Notes: generated by a model from the letters alone, not told the origin. Shown: positions 19,491-29,701, counted from the first letter of the stretch. The stretch is DNA of 64,000 nucleotides from Thermomicrobiales bacterium (GCA_049841275.1 JASGDN010000047.1:95057-159056), one strand, 5' to 3'. Numbers and translations: made by a program.

Positions 19491-20282
19491 GTGCATCTTG
19501 CGGTACAGCATCTCTCCTTTCACTACGGGAAGCGGCAGATCCTGCATGACATCTGCCTCGATGGGTTCACGTCCGGTGAGGTGGTGGCGGTCATCGGGCC
19601 GAATGCCGCAGGCAAGTCCACCCTCTTCCGCTGCATTGCCGGTCTCCTACGCGGAGAGGGCGATGTGCTGCTGGATGGCGTGATGACGCGGAATCTCAAG
19701 CGAAGCGAGGTGAGTCAGCGGATTGCCTACATGCCCCAGGACAACCTCACCAACGCCCGGATGACCGTCTTCGAGTCGATGCTGCTGGCGTTGCAGGTGA
19801 ATGCGTCCTGGCGGGTCAGTGATGAGGATCTCGATCGCGTGCACCGTACGCTCGTCGGCCTTGGGATCGACCATCTGGCGCTCCGGTTCCTGAATGAACT
19901 CAGCGGCGGCCAACGCCAGATGGTGTCGATCGGCCAGGCGCTCGTTCGCGAGCCGGAGGCGATCATCCTCGACGAGCCGACGAACAACCTGGATCTCCAG
20001 CGGCAGCTGGAGTTGCTGGATCTGGTGCGATCGGCGACCCGGCAACGGAATCTGCTGTCGATTCTAGCCCTGCACGACCTGAACCTGGCCGCCCGGGTGG
20101 CCGATCGAGTCCTGCTGCTGGATCAGGGGCGCGTGTGCGCCTGCGGGGCCCCGCACGAGGTGATCACCGAGGAGACGCTTGCCACAGTGTTCGGCGTTCA
20201 CGCCCGGATCGAGACTGGTGACCAGGGTATTCCGCACATTGCGCTTCTGGGGTCCAGGCGGACCCAGGAGTGGGTGCTCTAG
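19491..20282 (+). CDS. Iron-siderophore/cobalamin ABC transporter ATP-binding protein (FecE/FepC type)
   Basis: GTG start 3 nt after the permease stop. Walker A 'GPNAAGKST', signature 'LSGGQRQ', Walker B 'IILDEP'. Confidence 0.9.
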   Translation: MHLAVQHLSFHYGKRQILHDICLDGFTSGEVVAVIGPNAAGKSTLFRCIAGLLRGEGDVLLDGVMTRNLKRSEVSQRIAYMPQDNLTNARMTVFESMLLALQVNASWRVSDEDLDRVHRTLVGLGIDHLALRFLNELSGGQRQMVSIGQALVREPEAIILDEPTNNLDLQRQLELLDLVRSATRQRNLLSILALHDLNLAARVADRVLLLDQGRVCACGAPHEVITEETLATVFGVHARIETGDQGIPHIALLGSRRTQEWVL

Positions 20283-20342
20283 CATCGGCTGTCGAACGTA
20301 CGATGGCCGTGGTTTTTGGTTGCAAACGTGGAGAAGCATGAC

Positions 20343-21041
20343 ATGGCTCAATCGTCGTTGCCTTCGACGATGGTGAAGGATTTTGTCAAGAGCTATTGGG
20401 GCGAGCGCGCAGCAACCTTCGACCAGGCGCCCAACCACCACTGGCAGAACGAGCGGCAGCATCAGGCATGGTTGGGTGTGCTTGCCGATATCGCCGGTCC
20501 CGACCCACTGGATGTGCTCGATCTGGGGTCCGGCACCGGGTTCCTGTCGTTGCAGCTTGCGGAGCTGGGGCATCGGGTGACCGGTGTCGACATTGCCCCG
20601 CAGATGCTGATGAACGCCGAACGAAAGGCGGCAGACCGGGGGCTGGACGTGGATTTCCGGCTGGGCGACATCGAGAGCCTGCCGGACGGTGAGGGGGTGT
20701 ATGACCTCATCGTGGGGCGTCACGTGATCTGGACGCTGCCCAATCCGCATGAGGCGTTGCGCGCATGGCTCCGGCTGCTCCGTCCGGGTGGGCGACTCGC
20801 GCTCTTCGAGTTTGCGGGGCGTGGTGGGACGGAAGGGGACCAGTGCCAGGGTGTCTCCGGATACGAGGAGCTTGCCGAGCATCTTCCGTTCTACGGTGGC
20901 AGCGCGAGTGACCGGGTGGTCGATGCCTATCTCGACGCCGGATTCGTCCGGGTGAGTGCGACCTCGTTGATGGACGAGACCCTCTGGGGCATCGAGTTGA
21001 CTAACGAGCGCTATGTCGTGGTAGGCCGCAAGCCTTCCTGA
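20343..21041 (+). CDS. Class I SAM-dependent methyltransferase
   Basis: Motif I 'VLDLGSGTGFLS' and motif post-I 'VTGVDIAPQM'. ATG 20343 has GGAGA 8 nt upstream; the alternative is TTG 20316. Confidence 0.8.
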   Translation: MAQSSLPSTMVKDFVKSYWGERAATFDQAPNHHWQNERQHQAWLGVLADIAGPDPLDVLDLGSGTGFLSLQLAELGHRVTGVDIAPQMLMNAERKAADRGLDVDFRLGDIESLPDGEGVYDLIVGRHVIWTLPNPHEALRAWLRLLRPGGRLALFEFAGRGGTEGDQCQGVSGYEELAEHLPFYGGSASDRVVDAYLDAGFVRVSATSLMDETLWGIELTNERYVVVGRKPS

Positions 21042-21532
21042 GCCATCGTCTCGCCTATATCGGCGTCCGTTGTCATTACCCCGCAGCGGGCGACCATCGG
21101 CGGCAGCCGCGAGGATCGTCCCTGCATGCCACGATGTTGCGTACGTGGGAAGGCGCTATCCAGCCTGACCTGGGATTCATAACGCCAAGGCCGGACCGAC
21201 CTCGTGTCGGTCCGAGGATGATGGCTCATACCGGGTTGGGCAGGATGATGCCCTGGGCCTAGTGGTGGGCCGCGCCTGCGACGGTGCATGCAATCGCCTT
21301 TCCCGCACCTTTGTGAAGCACAATCGACCCGCACTACCAGGTCGTCCTCAGATCGCATACGGACGTGGGGCTCCGCCAGGCCGAGACGCCATTGCCTCAA
21401 TCGGGATGTCCAATTCGTTTCATTGGGTATGGGGAACCGGAGGCAAGCCGTTTTGGTTTGCCTCCGCACGACTGCATGTCACGCTGTATTTGCCTTTGTG
21501 CCTAGGAAGAACCTGTCGGATTGTCGGGGAGG

Positions 21533-23095
21533 TCAGGACACGAGCGTCTCGACGCGCTCGAGCACCGCTCGTCGCTCGGTGAGGATCGCGCTCCGGGAGC
21601 GGATGCCGGCCTTCTGATGCTGCGCCAACAGGCGCAACGACGTCCGGCACGCTGCAAGGCCACGGAGCCGTTGTGCGCGGGCGTTCGCATCCAGCAGGTC
21701 GATCTGCCCCGCCTCGATCAGCGTTGCGAGTCCCGCGAGTGCCTCCTGCAGCCCGACTGCTTGCTCGGTGGTGGCGACCTCGGCATGCGCCTCGTACGCG
21801 CGGATTGCGGTCAGGCATTCCGCCTCGAAGGCGTCCATCCGCGCCCACGGGTCGTCGGAGATGGCAGGTGCGTCTTCGGTCTGTTCAGGGGTGATGGCGA
21901 TCGCGGACCCCGTGTCTCCCTCTTCGATGGCCCCGGCTACAATGGTCATCGCAGCCAGCGTGGCATCGGGCGCTGGAGTATCCTCTGCTGCCTCCAGCCA
22001 CGCCATCACCTCGTGCGGGATCGCCGTCAACCCGGCATCCGTTGGCTGGGGCTTCTCGGGCCGGACGCGGTGTGCGGGCGTGGGCAGGCGTGTCGGCAAC
22101 TCGGCGGACTGCCCCGGTAGCCAGGGTGCGAAGGCAGGCGCCTCCGTCCGCACGGCCACCCCAACCTGTGCCAGCGCCGAGACCAGCGAGCGGCAGGTTG
22201 CCTCCGCGTGGGCTCCAAACTCTCGCCGGTCGAAGCCGAAGAGGACTTCCTGCCGGCACCCTTCAGCGTCCCGAAGCGCGATCGCCACGACCGGCGTCTC
22301 CGCACCGATATCCATTGTCACGTCGAGGATGTCCGCGATGGGCAGCCGGTTGACGCCGTTCCCGGCGACATCGCACCAGAAGAACGAGTGCGTCGTCATC
22401 CAGACCCGGCATTCTGCCCGTGTCGAGGCCAGCCACCCGCCCACCGGGCCGCACGCCGTTCCGGACCACACCATCAGCTCGCTCGAGAAGCGGCGGACGT
22501 GGGCCCAGGTGATCGCCAGCGAGCGTGGCCGCATCGTCTCTGGATCGAAGGCGGTGACTGCGATGTCCGCCGCAGCGGCGAGGCGCAGGATGGACTTGAA
22601 CCGCGCCACGCGCCGGAAGCCCGTTGTTGCGATGGTGAAGGCCTGGATGCAGCCGTCCGCGTGGTCGGCGACGTAGCGGATGCGCAGCGCCCGCATGTGC
22701 CCCGCCGGATCGGGGACGATCGTCAGGTCGACGATGTCATCGGCGGGGATCGCGAACCCGTGCTCCAAGCCTTCGTCGAGGGCGAAGAAGAACTCGGAGA
22801 CGGTCAGTTCCGCCCGGTCGAGCATCTGCCCCAGTCGCAGTGAGCCGGGGAAGGTGCCCATCGCCATGACCGGCACGTTCACCAGCACCTGGCCACGCAT
22901 CGCCTCCCAGTGCTCGAGGGCGCGCAATCCCTGCTCCTGCGCCGGTGTCGCCCCCAGTGGGCGGGCGTGGAGGCGATAGGATGTGGCGTCCCGGCCGCGC
23001 GCCGGATACCCGGCGGCGGGAGACGAGGTGAGCGGTGAAACGGGCAAGATGCCGGTGGAGATGGCCACCTTTCGGAATGCCTCCTGCGGGGTCAT
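21533..23095 (-). CDS. Hypothetical protein (520 aa) with an internally duplicated ~90-aa module and an Ala-rich helical C-terminus
   Basis: Long ORF with GC-rich third positions. Start ATG 23095 (MTPQEAF). The two similar segments are described in findings. I recognise no family. Confidence 0.6.
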   Translation of the reverse strand: MTPQEAFRKVAISTGILPVSPLTSSPAAGYPARGRDATSYRLHARPLGATPAQEQGLRALEHWEAMRGQVLVNVPVMAMGTFPGSLRLGQMLDRAELTVSEFFFALDEGLEHGFAIPADDIVDLTIVPDPAGHMRALRIRYVADHADGCIQAFTIATTGFRRVARFKSILRLAAAADIAVTAFDPETMRPRSLAITWAHVRRFSSELMVWSGTACGPVGGWLASTRAECRVWMTTHSFFWCDVAGNGVNRLPIADILDVTMDIGAETPVVAIALRDAEGCRQEVLFGFDRREFGAHAEATCRSLVSALAQVGVAVRTEAPAFAPWLPGQSAELPTRLPTPAHRVRPEKPQPTDAGLTAIPHEVMAWLEAAEDTPAPDATLAAMTIVAGAIEEGDTGSAIAITPEQTEDAPAISDDPWARMDAFEAECLTAIRAYEAHAEVATTEQAVGLQEALAGLATLIEAGQIDLLDANARAQRLRGLAACRTSLRLLAQHQKAGIRSRSAILTERRAVLERVETLVS

Positions 23096-23372
23096 GGATG
23101 AGCGGCGGGGCGCTGCAACGCCGGTCTGGGGAGACCCGTTCGGGCCATCCGCCGTTGCGTGACAGTGTGGCAATCATACGCCGCATGGAGTGTACGTACA
23201 ACCCCTGGCTGGGTTCCGCATTGCGATTGCCCGTCGTGCGGGATGGTGACAGCGTTCGTGCTTCGCGGCAGAATGCACGGACAGGCCGTTTCCATGCGTC
23301 CCGGCCGGGATTGCGCCGGACGCCGTTCACTGGGGAGCGGCGCCCGGCTTCGATGCGATGAAGGAGAGACCC

Positions 23373-24563
23373 GTGAAGATCACCGGTGCGACGACCTGGA
23401 TCGTCGGCAATCCCTGGAAGAACTGGCTCTTCGTGAAGCTGGAGACCGATCAGGACGGGCTCTACGGCATCGGCGAGGGAACGATCAACGGCTTTGCGCG
23501 GACCACCGAGGCGGCGGTCCACGAGATGGCTTCCCGCTTCGATGGCTTCGATCCCTTCCAGATCGAGACGATCCTCCAGCGCATGTCTCGCGACTTCTAC
23601 ACGGAGGGCGGCCAGATCCACATGAATGCGATCGCCGCCGTCGAGGTCGCGTGCTGGGACATCATCGGCAAGGCGACCGGTCGTCCGATCTACGACCTGA
23701 TCGGCGGCCGCTATCACGAATCGCTCCCCACCTATGCGAACGGCTGGTATGCCGGGCCGCGCACCCCGGAGTCCTTCGCCGAGCGCGCCCAGATGGTGCT
23801 GGACAAGGGCTACCGCGCCATGAAATTCGATCCCTTCGGCGCGGCGTGGCGCACCATGAGCATGGAGGATCGCCATCTGTCTATCGACATCATCCGTGCC
23901 GTCCGCGAGGTGGCGGGACCCGACATCCAGCTGATGATAGAGGGGCACAGTCGCTTCAGCGTCTCCGAGGCGGTCTGGCTCGGGGAGCGGATGGCCGAGT
24001 TCGAGCCGACCTGGTTCGAGGAGCCGACGCCGCACCAGAACATCATGTCGACGGTCGAAGTCGCCCGGAAGATCGCCGTGCCGGTCGCAACCGGAGAGAG
24101 CTATTCCAGCGTCCACCAGCACGCCGAGCTGCTCTCCCACAATGCCGTTCACATCCTCCAGCCGGAGCCGGGCAACATGGGCGGCATCTGGCGCACCCGG
24201 CAGGTCTGCGCGATGGCGGACGCCTTCTACGGCGTCATCGCGCCGCACAACGCGCAGGGACCGATCTCCACCGCGACCTGCATCCAGATCGGCGCGTCAT
24301 GCCCGAACCTGCTGACGCAGGAACTGTTCGACGAGTTCAACGTCGGTTGGGAGCAGGAGCTGGTGACCACCCACGCCGAGGTCATCGACGGGCGGTTGCA
24401 GATTCCGGATGCGCCGGGTCTCGGCACGGACCTCAATTGGCCGGAACTGGACAAGCATCCCTATCAGGCGTCGAACTTCCTGCCGCTCTTCGCACCGGGC
24501 TGGGAACGCCGTGAGGGCGAGCGTCCCGCGGGCTCGCTGGCGCCGGAGAAGACTGGCGCCTAG
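23373..24563 (+). CDS. Enolase-superfamily enzyme (mandelate racemase/muconate lactonizing family, sugar-acid dehydratase-like)
   Basis: 'KITGATTWIVGNPWKNWLFVKLETDQDGLYGIGEG' is a typical N-terminal capping domain, with a barrel domain after it. GTG 23373 follows AAGGAGA; the alternative is ATG 23358. Confidence 0.85.
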   Translation: MKITGATTWIVGNPWKNWLFVKLETDQDGLYGIGEGTINGFARTTEAAVHEMASRFDGFDPFQIETILQRMSRDFYTEGGQIHMNAIAAVEVACWDIIGKATGRPIYDLIGGRYHESLPTYANGWYAGPRTPESFAERAQMVLDKGYRAMKFDPFGAAWRTMSMEDRHLSIDIIRAVREVAGPDIQLMIEGHSRFSVSEAVWLGERMAEFEPTWFEEPTPHQNIMSTVEVARKIAVPVATGESYSSVHQHAELLSHNAVHILQPEPGNMGGIWRTRQVCAMADAFYGVIAPHNAQGPISTATCIQIGASCPNLLTQELFDEFNVGWEQELVTTHAEVIDGRLQIPDAPGLGTDLNWPELDKHPYQASNFLPLFAPGWERREGERPAGSLAPEKTGA

Positions 24564-25008
24564 AGCCGATTCGAGACGGTATCCTGGCCGAAAGGCAGGA
24601 CCAGCCATTGGGCGCTCATCAGCCGCAGCCGTGAGGATCGCCCTACGGACAATCGATGGCAACCAGTTCGGAGTTGGCTGTATGCCGACTCGCGGTCGTG
24701 TGTGCCTTGCGCGGGGGAACAGCAAAGTCCCTGCCAATCCGAAGTCGGGCAGACGAGGGACGCCGCGGGGCGGCGCGCACGCCGAAACCGACCGCATCGG
24801 CTGGAATGTGCCCGGCTGGGCTCGGCAGCGATCCGGTCGGTTCAGGTCGGGAACGCAAGAACGCCGTTGTTCTCGGTCCCCTACCACAGAAGGTGGCACA
24901 GGTTGGATGCGGAAATACTCCATCAGCGGCGATGCGGAGTCCCGGCACCTTTGGATACCGATTGAGGCGCGAACGGATAGAAGCGGTGGCCGATCTGACT
25001 CGTTCCGG

Positions 25009-26745
25009 TCAGTTTTCTGGGTCGATCGCCCCGACCGTTGCTGGGAAGTACCACGGATCGGCCGCCCCGGAGATCGTCCCATCGTGGTTGCGCACGATCG
25101 CCACTGGCGAGGCGAAGTCTCCCGTCAGCTGCGTCTCGTCGCGCGTCACCACGGCATGCCCCAGGCTGCTCAGGCGGTCGAGTGTCGCTTGTGGGAAGCG
25201 GCTGCTTGCGATCAGTTGCCGTGGGGATGCGTCGATCCGCGGTGACTCCAGCGCGGCGTGGACATCCAGTCCGTAGTCGACGATGTTCGTCACGATCTGG
25301 GCGTTCGCGTTCATGATCTTGCGGCCGCCGCTCGATCCGACGCTGGCGAGGATGCGATCGCCGCGTGTCACCAGCGCCGGAGCCATATTGGTCAGCGGAC
25401 GCTTGCGGCCACCGACCGAGTTCGGGCGGCCCGGTTCCGGATCGAACCACATCATGCCGTTGTTCAGCAGCACGCCGGTCCCCTCCGCCACCACGCGGCT
25501 GCCCCAGCCGCTGAGCAAGGTCTGCGTCAGGGAGACGGCATTCCCTTCGCCATCGATGACACCGAGATGCGTGGTGCTGCCATCCCGTGCGTATTCGGGG
25601 ACGGACCCCGCCAGCGTGTGCGCGATGCCGAGCCGTTCCTTCGTTCCAGCCGCGATCGACGGCAGGGCATCCTCGCGCCAGCGGGCCACGCATTCGGCCG
25701 CGTAGGCAGGATCGAGCAGCCCATCGACCGGAACCTCGGTCGTATCTGGGTCGGCGAGGTAGGCGAAGCGGTCGGCGAAGGCCTGCCGGAAGGCTTGAGC
25801 CAGCAGGTGCAGCGATTCCGGCGTGCCGTGCCCGGCGCTGGCAAGGTCGACCGCGTTCAGCATCCGCAGCGACTGTGCGAGCGAGGTGCCGCCCGTGCCC
25901 TTGCCCATCGTATGGACCGTCGCACCATGGTAGTCCACCGAGATCGTCGGTTCGTCCAGCGCCTGGTAGGCCGCGAAATCCTCCCGCGTCAGGATCGCGC
26001 CGTTCTCCTGCAGGAAGTCCACGATCCGGATAGCGATTTCGCCTTCATAGAATGCGCGTGGGCCTTGCTCGGCAAGCGTGCGCAACGTGGCCGCGAGGTC
26101 CGGCTGGCGCAGGAATGACGGGTTGGTCTGCTCGATCGAGACGAGCGGGTTGCCCTGGCCGCTCAGGAAGACCTTCGCCGTCGAGGGGAAGCGCTGGAGG
26201 TTGCCGAGGTCGCGCGCTTCCATCAGGGTCGTGTGCCAGGTGACGGGGATGCCTTCTTCCGCTGCGACGATGGCCGATTCCAGCACCGTGGCGAGGGAGA
26301 GCGTGCCGTAGCGTTCCAGCGCGAGCGCCAGGCCGGCGACCGTGCCCGGCACCGCGATCGACTGGAAACCGAGCACGTTCGCATTCCCGACCACCGACGG
26401 CCAGCCGAAGAGCGCCGAGTCGACGCCGCCGCTGAGCGGGAACATCGTCTCGGTCGCGGCGAGCGGTGAGATCATCGGGTACTCGATGACGAGCGAACGT
26501 CGCTCCTTCGCCAGCCATACGACCATGAAGCCGCCGCCGCCAAGGCCGTTCATCCACGGTTCGGTAACGCCTACCGTGAATGCGGTCGCCACGGCGGCGT
26601 CGATGGCGTTGCCACCCTTTGCCAGCATCTGGATGCCCGCTGCGACCGCTTGCGGTGTCTTCGCCCCAACGACACCGCCGGTTCCGGAGACCGGGGTGCG
26701 GCTGACCTGCCAAATACTGTGCGATGGTGCCTGTGCTGTGCTCAT
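25009..26745 (-). CDS. ggt: Gamma-glutamyltransferase
   Basis: ATG 26745 follows GAGGAA. 'GGNAIDAAVATAFTVGVTEPWMNGLGGGGF' and the autoprocessing site 'DGSTTHLGVID'. The remainder of the 976-aa ORF upstream is antisense to hom. Confidence 0.9.
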   Translation of the reverse strand: MSTAQAPSHSIWQVSRTPVSGTGGVVGAKTPQAVAAGIQMLAKGGNAIDAAVATAFTVGVTEPWMNGLGGGGFMVVWLAKERRSLVIEYPMISPLAATETMFPLSGGVDSALFGWPSVVGNANVLGFQSIAVPGTVAGLALALERYGTLSLATVLESAIVAAEEGIPVTWHTTLMEARDLGNLQRFPSTAKVFLSGQGNPLVSIEQTNPSFLRQPDLAATLRTLAEQGPRAFYEGEIAIRIVDFLQENGAILTREDFAAYQALDEPTISVDYHGATVHTMGKGTGGTSLAQSLRMLNAVDLASAGHGTPESLHLLAQAFRQAFADRFAYLADPDTTEVPVDGLLDPAYAAECVARWREDALPSIAAGTKERLGIAHTLAGSVPEYARDGSTTHLGVIDGEGNAVSLTQTLLSGWGSRVVAEGTGVLLNNGMMWFDPEPGRPNSVGGRKRPLTNMAPALVTRGDRILASVGSSGGRKIMNANAQIVTNIVDYGLDVHAALESPRIDASPRQLIASSRFPQATLDRLSSLGHAVVTRDETQLTGDFASPVAIVRNHDGTISGAADPWYFPATVGAIDPEN

Positions 26746-26982
26746 GGATGATTCCTCGGTGATCGTCGCAAAGGGGCGCGGAGTCAGGTTCGGATCGACG
26801 CGTCGGCAGGGTTTCGGCGCAGGATCGCGCATCGTTTGCGGGATGTCCAGACACAGGAGGTCGCGATCGGATGGGCAAACAGGGTACGCTTGCAGACTGA
26901 CAGCAGCGCAGGCAGGAGGCACCGGGTTCGAGCGGTGTCCTGCTGCGCGCATCGGCATGGCGTTGGCAGGCGGAGAGCGGAT

Positions 26983-28104
26983 GTGGTGGGGATAAAGCAG
27001 GTCTCGGTGGTGCAGGTCGGGCTGGGGACGGTTGGCGGCGTGATGCTGGAGCAGATCCTCGACCAGCATGACCGCTGGCTTCAGGAGTTCGGCCTGGACA
27101 TCCGGATCGCCGCCGTTGCCGGTCGCGCCGGCGCGGTGGTTGGTCCGTGCGACGAGGCCGGGGTGTTGCAGTCGCTCGCCACCGAAGCCGTTCATGCCTT
27201 GGTCGAAGGGCGCCGTAGCAAGCTCGCCTTCGGCTCGCCCACGGTTCCGTTGCCCGACGCCATCGCCCGTATCGCCTCGGCCGGCCCGACCGTGGTGATC
27301 GATGCCGCCAGCGGCGAGCAGACGGCCGATGCCCTCGTCATGGCGCTCGATGCGGGCGCGGGGGCGGTGCTGTCCAACAAGGCACCGCTCTCGCTGCCCG
27401 CCACCGATCCGCGCGGGACGTGCCTCTGGAACGCTGCCTGCGCAGGAGCCCTGCGATACGAGGCAACCTGTGGCGCCGGGCTTCCGGTGATCTCGACCTT
27501 GCAGGGGTTGCTTGCGTCGGGGGATCGCGTGCTGGACGTGACCGGGTGCCTCTCGGGGACACTTGGCGCCATCTTCTCGATGGTCGCTGCCGGGGAGTCG
27601 TTCTCCGAAGCCGTGCGTGAAGCGAAGGCGAAGGGCTATACCGAACCGGACCCGCGCGACGATCTCAGCGGGCTCGACGTGGCGCGGAAGGCGCTCATTC
27701 TCGCCCGGACGATGGGCATTGCGCTCGATCTCGCCGATATCGACATTCATTCGCTGGTGCCGCCCGGCCTGGAATCTGTCACCGTGGACGAGTTCCTGGC
27801 GCAGGTCGGGATCGAGGACGCCGAGATCACCGCGTCGGCACGGCAGGCGAAGGCGGATGGAGCCGCCCTCAAGTACGTGGCGCAGGTGACGCCTTCGGCG
27901 CAGCCGGTCGCGACGGTCGGCCTGCAGGAGCTTTCCCACTCGACGATGCTGGGCGCCTTGCAGGGGCCGGAGAACATCGTCTCCTTCCGGACCGCACGCT
28001 ACGACGCCTATCCGCTGGTGGTATCGGGACCGGGCGCAGGCGCGGCGGTGACGGCGGCAGGCATGGTGGTCGATATGCTCGCGCTGGCCGATCGAATGGG
28101 GTGA
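26983..28104 (+). CDS. hom: Homoserine dehydrogenase (ThrA-type catalytic domain, no ACT domain seen)
   Basis: NAD-binding 'VQVGLGTVGG', 'LSGTLGAIFS' and 'GYTEPDPRDDLSGLDVARKALILAR'. GTG 26983 lies 6 nt after GGAG. Confidence 0.8.
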   Translation: MVGIKQVSVVQVGLGTVGGVMLEQILDQHDRWLQEFGLDIRIAAVAGRAGAVVGPCDEAGVLQSLATEAVHALVEGRRSKLAFGSPTVPLPDAIARIASAGPTVVIDAASGEQTADALVMALDAGAGAVLSNKAPLSLPATDPRGTCLWNAACAGALRYEATCGAGLPVISTLQGLLASGDRVLDVTGCLSGTLGAIFSMVAAGESFSEAVREAKAKGYTEPDPRDDLSGLDVARKALILARTMGIALDLADIDIHSLVPPGLESVTVDEFLAQVGIEDAEITASARQAKADGAALKYVAQVTPSAQPVATVGLQELSHSTMLGALQGPENIVSFRTARYDAYPLVVSGPGAGAAVTAAGMVVDMLALADRMG

Positions 28105-28119
28105 TCGCCGTATGGCGAT

Positions 28120-28827
28120 TCATCTGGCAGGCGTGCGTTCGCGGACGATCCGGTCGATCAGGTCGAGGTTGTCTGTCGTGAAGCCGTCCACCCCCAGTGC
28201 GCGCAATGTCTCCATTCGCACGGGATCGTTGACCGTCCAGCAGATCACCAGCGCGCCCATCCCCTTCAGGCGTGCCATCACATCCGGGGTCGCGAGGGTG
28301 TGTCGAAGCGAGATGGCCGGGAAGTCCAGCCGCCCGGCGTGCTGCCAGAATGCCGCCAGTTCCCGTTCATCCCCTACTGAATAGACGGCCAGGACGTTCG
28401 GCAGCGGTTCGATCGCGTCGAGTTGGTCCCACGACCGCCCGCAGACGATGACGGGACGCTCCGGTTGGTTGGCGTTGATCCACTCCACGAGACGTTCGCC
28501 GAGAAGCGGACTGCTTCCCTTCAGGTCCAGGAAGAGCCGGATGTCGATCGGGGTCTCGTTCAGCAGGCTCTCGATCCGGCGGAGCGAGCGGGATAGCCAG
28601 TGGACGCGCCATCCATCGTGGAGCAGTGGCAGCTCCCATCCGAGGATCGAGACGCGCTCGTCGTGGCGCACCTCCAGGATATCGCGGTGGAGCCAGACAT
28701 CCGTCTCCAGCATGTCCGCGCCGTGGGCGATCGCGCGCTCGGCGAGTCGCCCAAGATTGCCCGCGCGGTGCGCGATGGCAAGTGGCCGATGGCGTGGAAT
28801 GGCGTCGGGCGGAATGGACGTTGGCAT
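28120..28827 (-). CDS. Glycerophosphodiester phosphodiesterase family protein
   Basis: 'LAIAHRAGN...GADMLETDVWL' (the HR...E.D motif of GDPD) and C-terminal 'WTVNDP...GVDGFTTDN'. ATG 28827 follows GGAG. Confidence 0.75.
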   Translation of the reverse strand: MPTSIPPDAIPRHRPLAIAHRAGNLGRLAERAIAHGADMLETDVWLHRDILEVRHDERVSILGWELPLLHDGWRVHWLSRSLRRIESLLNETPIDIRLFLDLKGSSPLLGERLVEWINANQPERPVIVCGRSWDQLDAIEPLPNVLAVYSVGDERELAAFWQHAGRLDFPAISLRHTLATPDVMARLKGMGALVICWTVNDPVRMETLRALGVDGFTTDNLDLIDRIVRERTPAR

Positions 28828-29086
28828 GCGTGACTCCGGACGGGCGGGAATACAGGCGGACATTCCCGGCAGTCTAGCAAGACCGGGCCGCTCGCCGGCA
28901 TGCGCTGGCGGCTGCGCGGTGGTGAATTCATCGCAGGCATGGTCCAGCGTCACCGTATGCCACGAGGGCCGCAGTTCCACGGGCGACCGCCATCCTTTGC
29001 TACACTCGTCCTTCAGCGATGGGCGTCATCATAGGCGCCTTCCACGACGAAAGCGAGCCTGGCTGGTGAGTACAGACCCGAACGAG

Positions 29087-29689
29087 ATGGCGGACCAGAC
29101 GGATGCGACGGCGGTCCGGCCCGAAGATGTGACCCGCGCCCAGGATGGGCAATTCTCGGAAGAGACCGAGGGTGTGTTGCCGCTGACGTGGGAGAAAGCG
29201 TCTGGCCTGCTTCAGGACGAAGCAACCGAGCTGGTCGACGGACCGTCGATTGCGATGGAGCGTTCTGGCGCGCAGAATGTCAAGGGCCAGCGCATCACGA
29301 TGAGCAATTCCGGCGCGCAGTCGATCGACGCCCGTTCGGCGCGGCTCGAGAATTCCGGCGCGGCGCGGCTTTCCGCCGAGCGGGCAACCCTGAACGATTC
29401 CTCCGTGCTGGTCGGCACGGCGAAGGACATGCGCCTGACGCAGAGCAAGGTCCTGGTCGCGGCGTCCGGTACGGCGACACTCGCCGAAGGGAACGACATC
29501 GTGGCCCTGGCAACCGGGAACCTGGACGCGGCGCAGGACGTGCGCGCGGTCTTCCTGGCCGCCGGTTCAGTCAAGGCCGGGGGAACCGTCTCCTCGGTGC
29601 TGACGCCCGTGACCGCGGCGGCGATGGGCGGGGCATGTGCGGTGGTCCTTGCGCTGCTGACGCGCGTCTTCCGGCGACGGACTTCCTGA
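29087..29689 (+). CDS. Hypothetical C-terminally membrane-anchored protein with short degenerate repeats
   Basis: Repeated 'SGAxx...A(R/E)xxxL(x)N' segments, C-terminal TM 'AAAMGGACAVVLALLTRVF' and an RRR tail. The start is uncertain (ATG 29087 or GTG 29066). Confidence 0.5.
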   Translation: MADQTDATAVRPEDVTRAQDGQFSEETEGVLPLTWEKASGLLQDEATELVDGPSIAMERSGAQNVKGQRITMSNSGAQSIDARSARLENSGAARLSAERATLNDSSVLVGTAKDMRLTQSKVLVAASGTATLAEGNDIVALATGNLDAAQDVRAVFLAAGSVKAGGTVSSVLTPVTAAAMGGACAVVLALLTRVFRRRTS

Positions 29690-29701
29690 GAGGGGAAAGC
29701 G

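Noticed and set aside
24826-24876. SRP-RNA-like string 'GGTTCAGGTCGGGAACGCAAGAACGCC' (cf. GGUCAGGUCCGGAAGGAAGCAGCC)
   Set aside because: The conserved 3' AGCAGCC side is not present. The AAGAAC segment pairs better with the adjacent GTTCT in a local hairpin, and there is no flanking helix-5-like pairing.
26746-27939. N-terminal ~400 aa of the 976-aa ORF 25009-27939 (would make a giant GGT)
   Set aside because: This part is antisense to the homoserine dehydrogenase gene and looks like non-protein sequence. GGT homology begins at Met 26745, which has its own SD.
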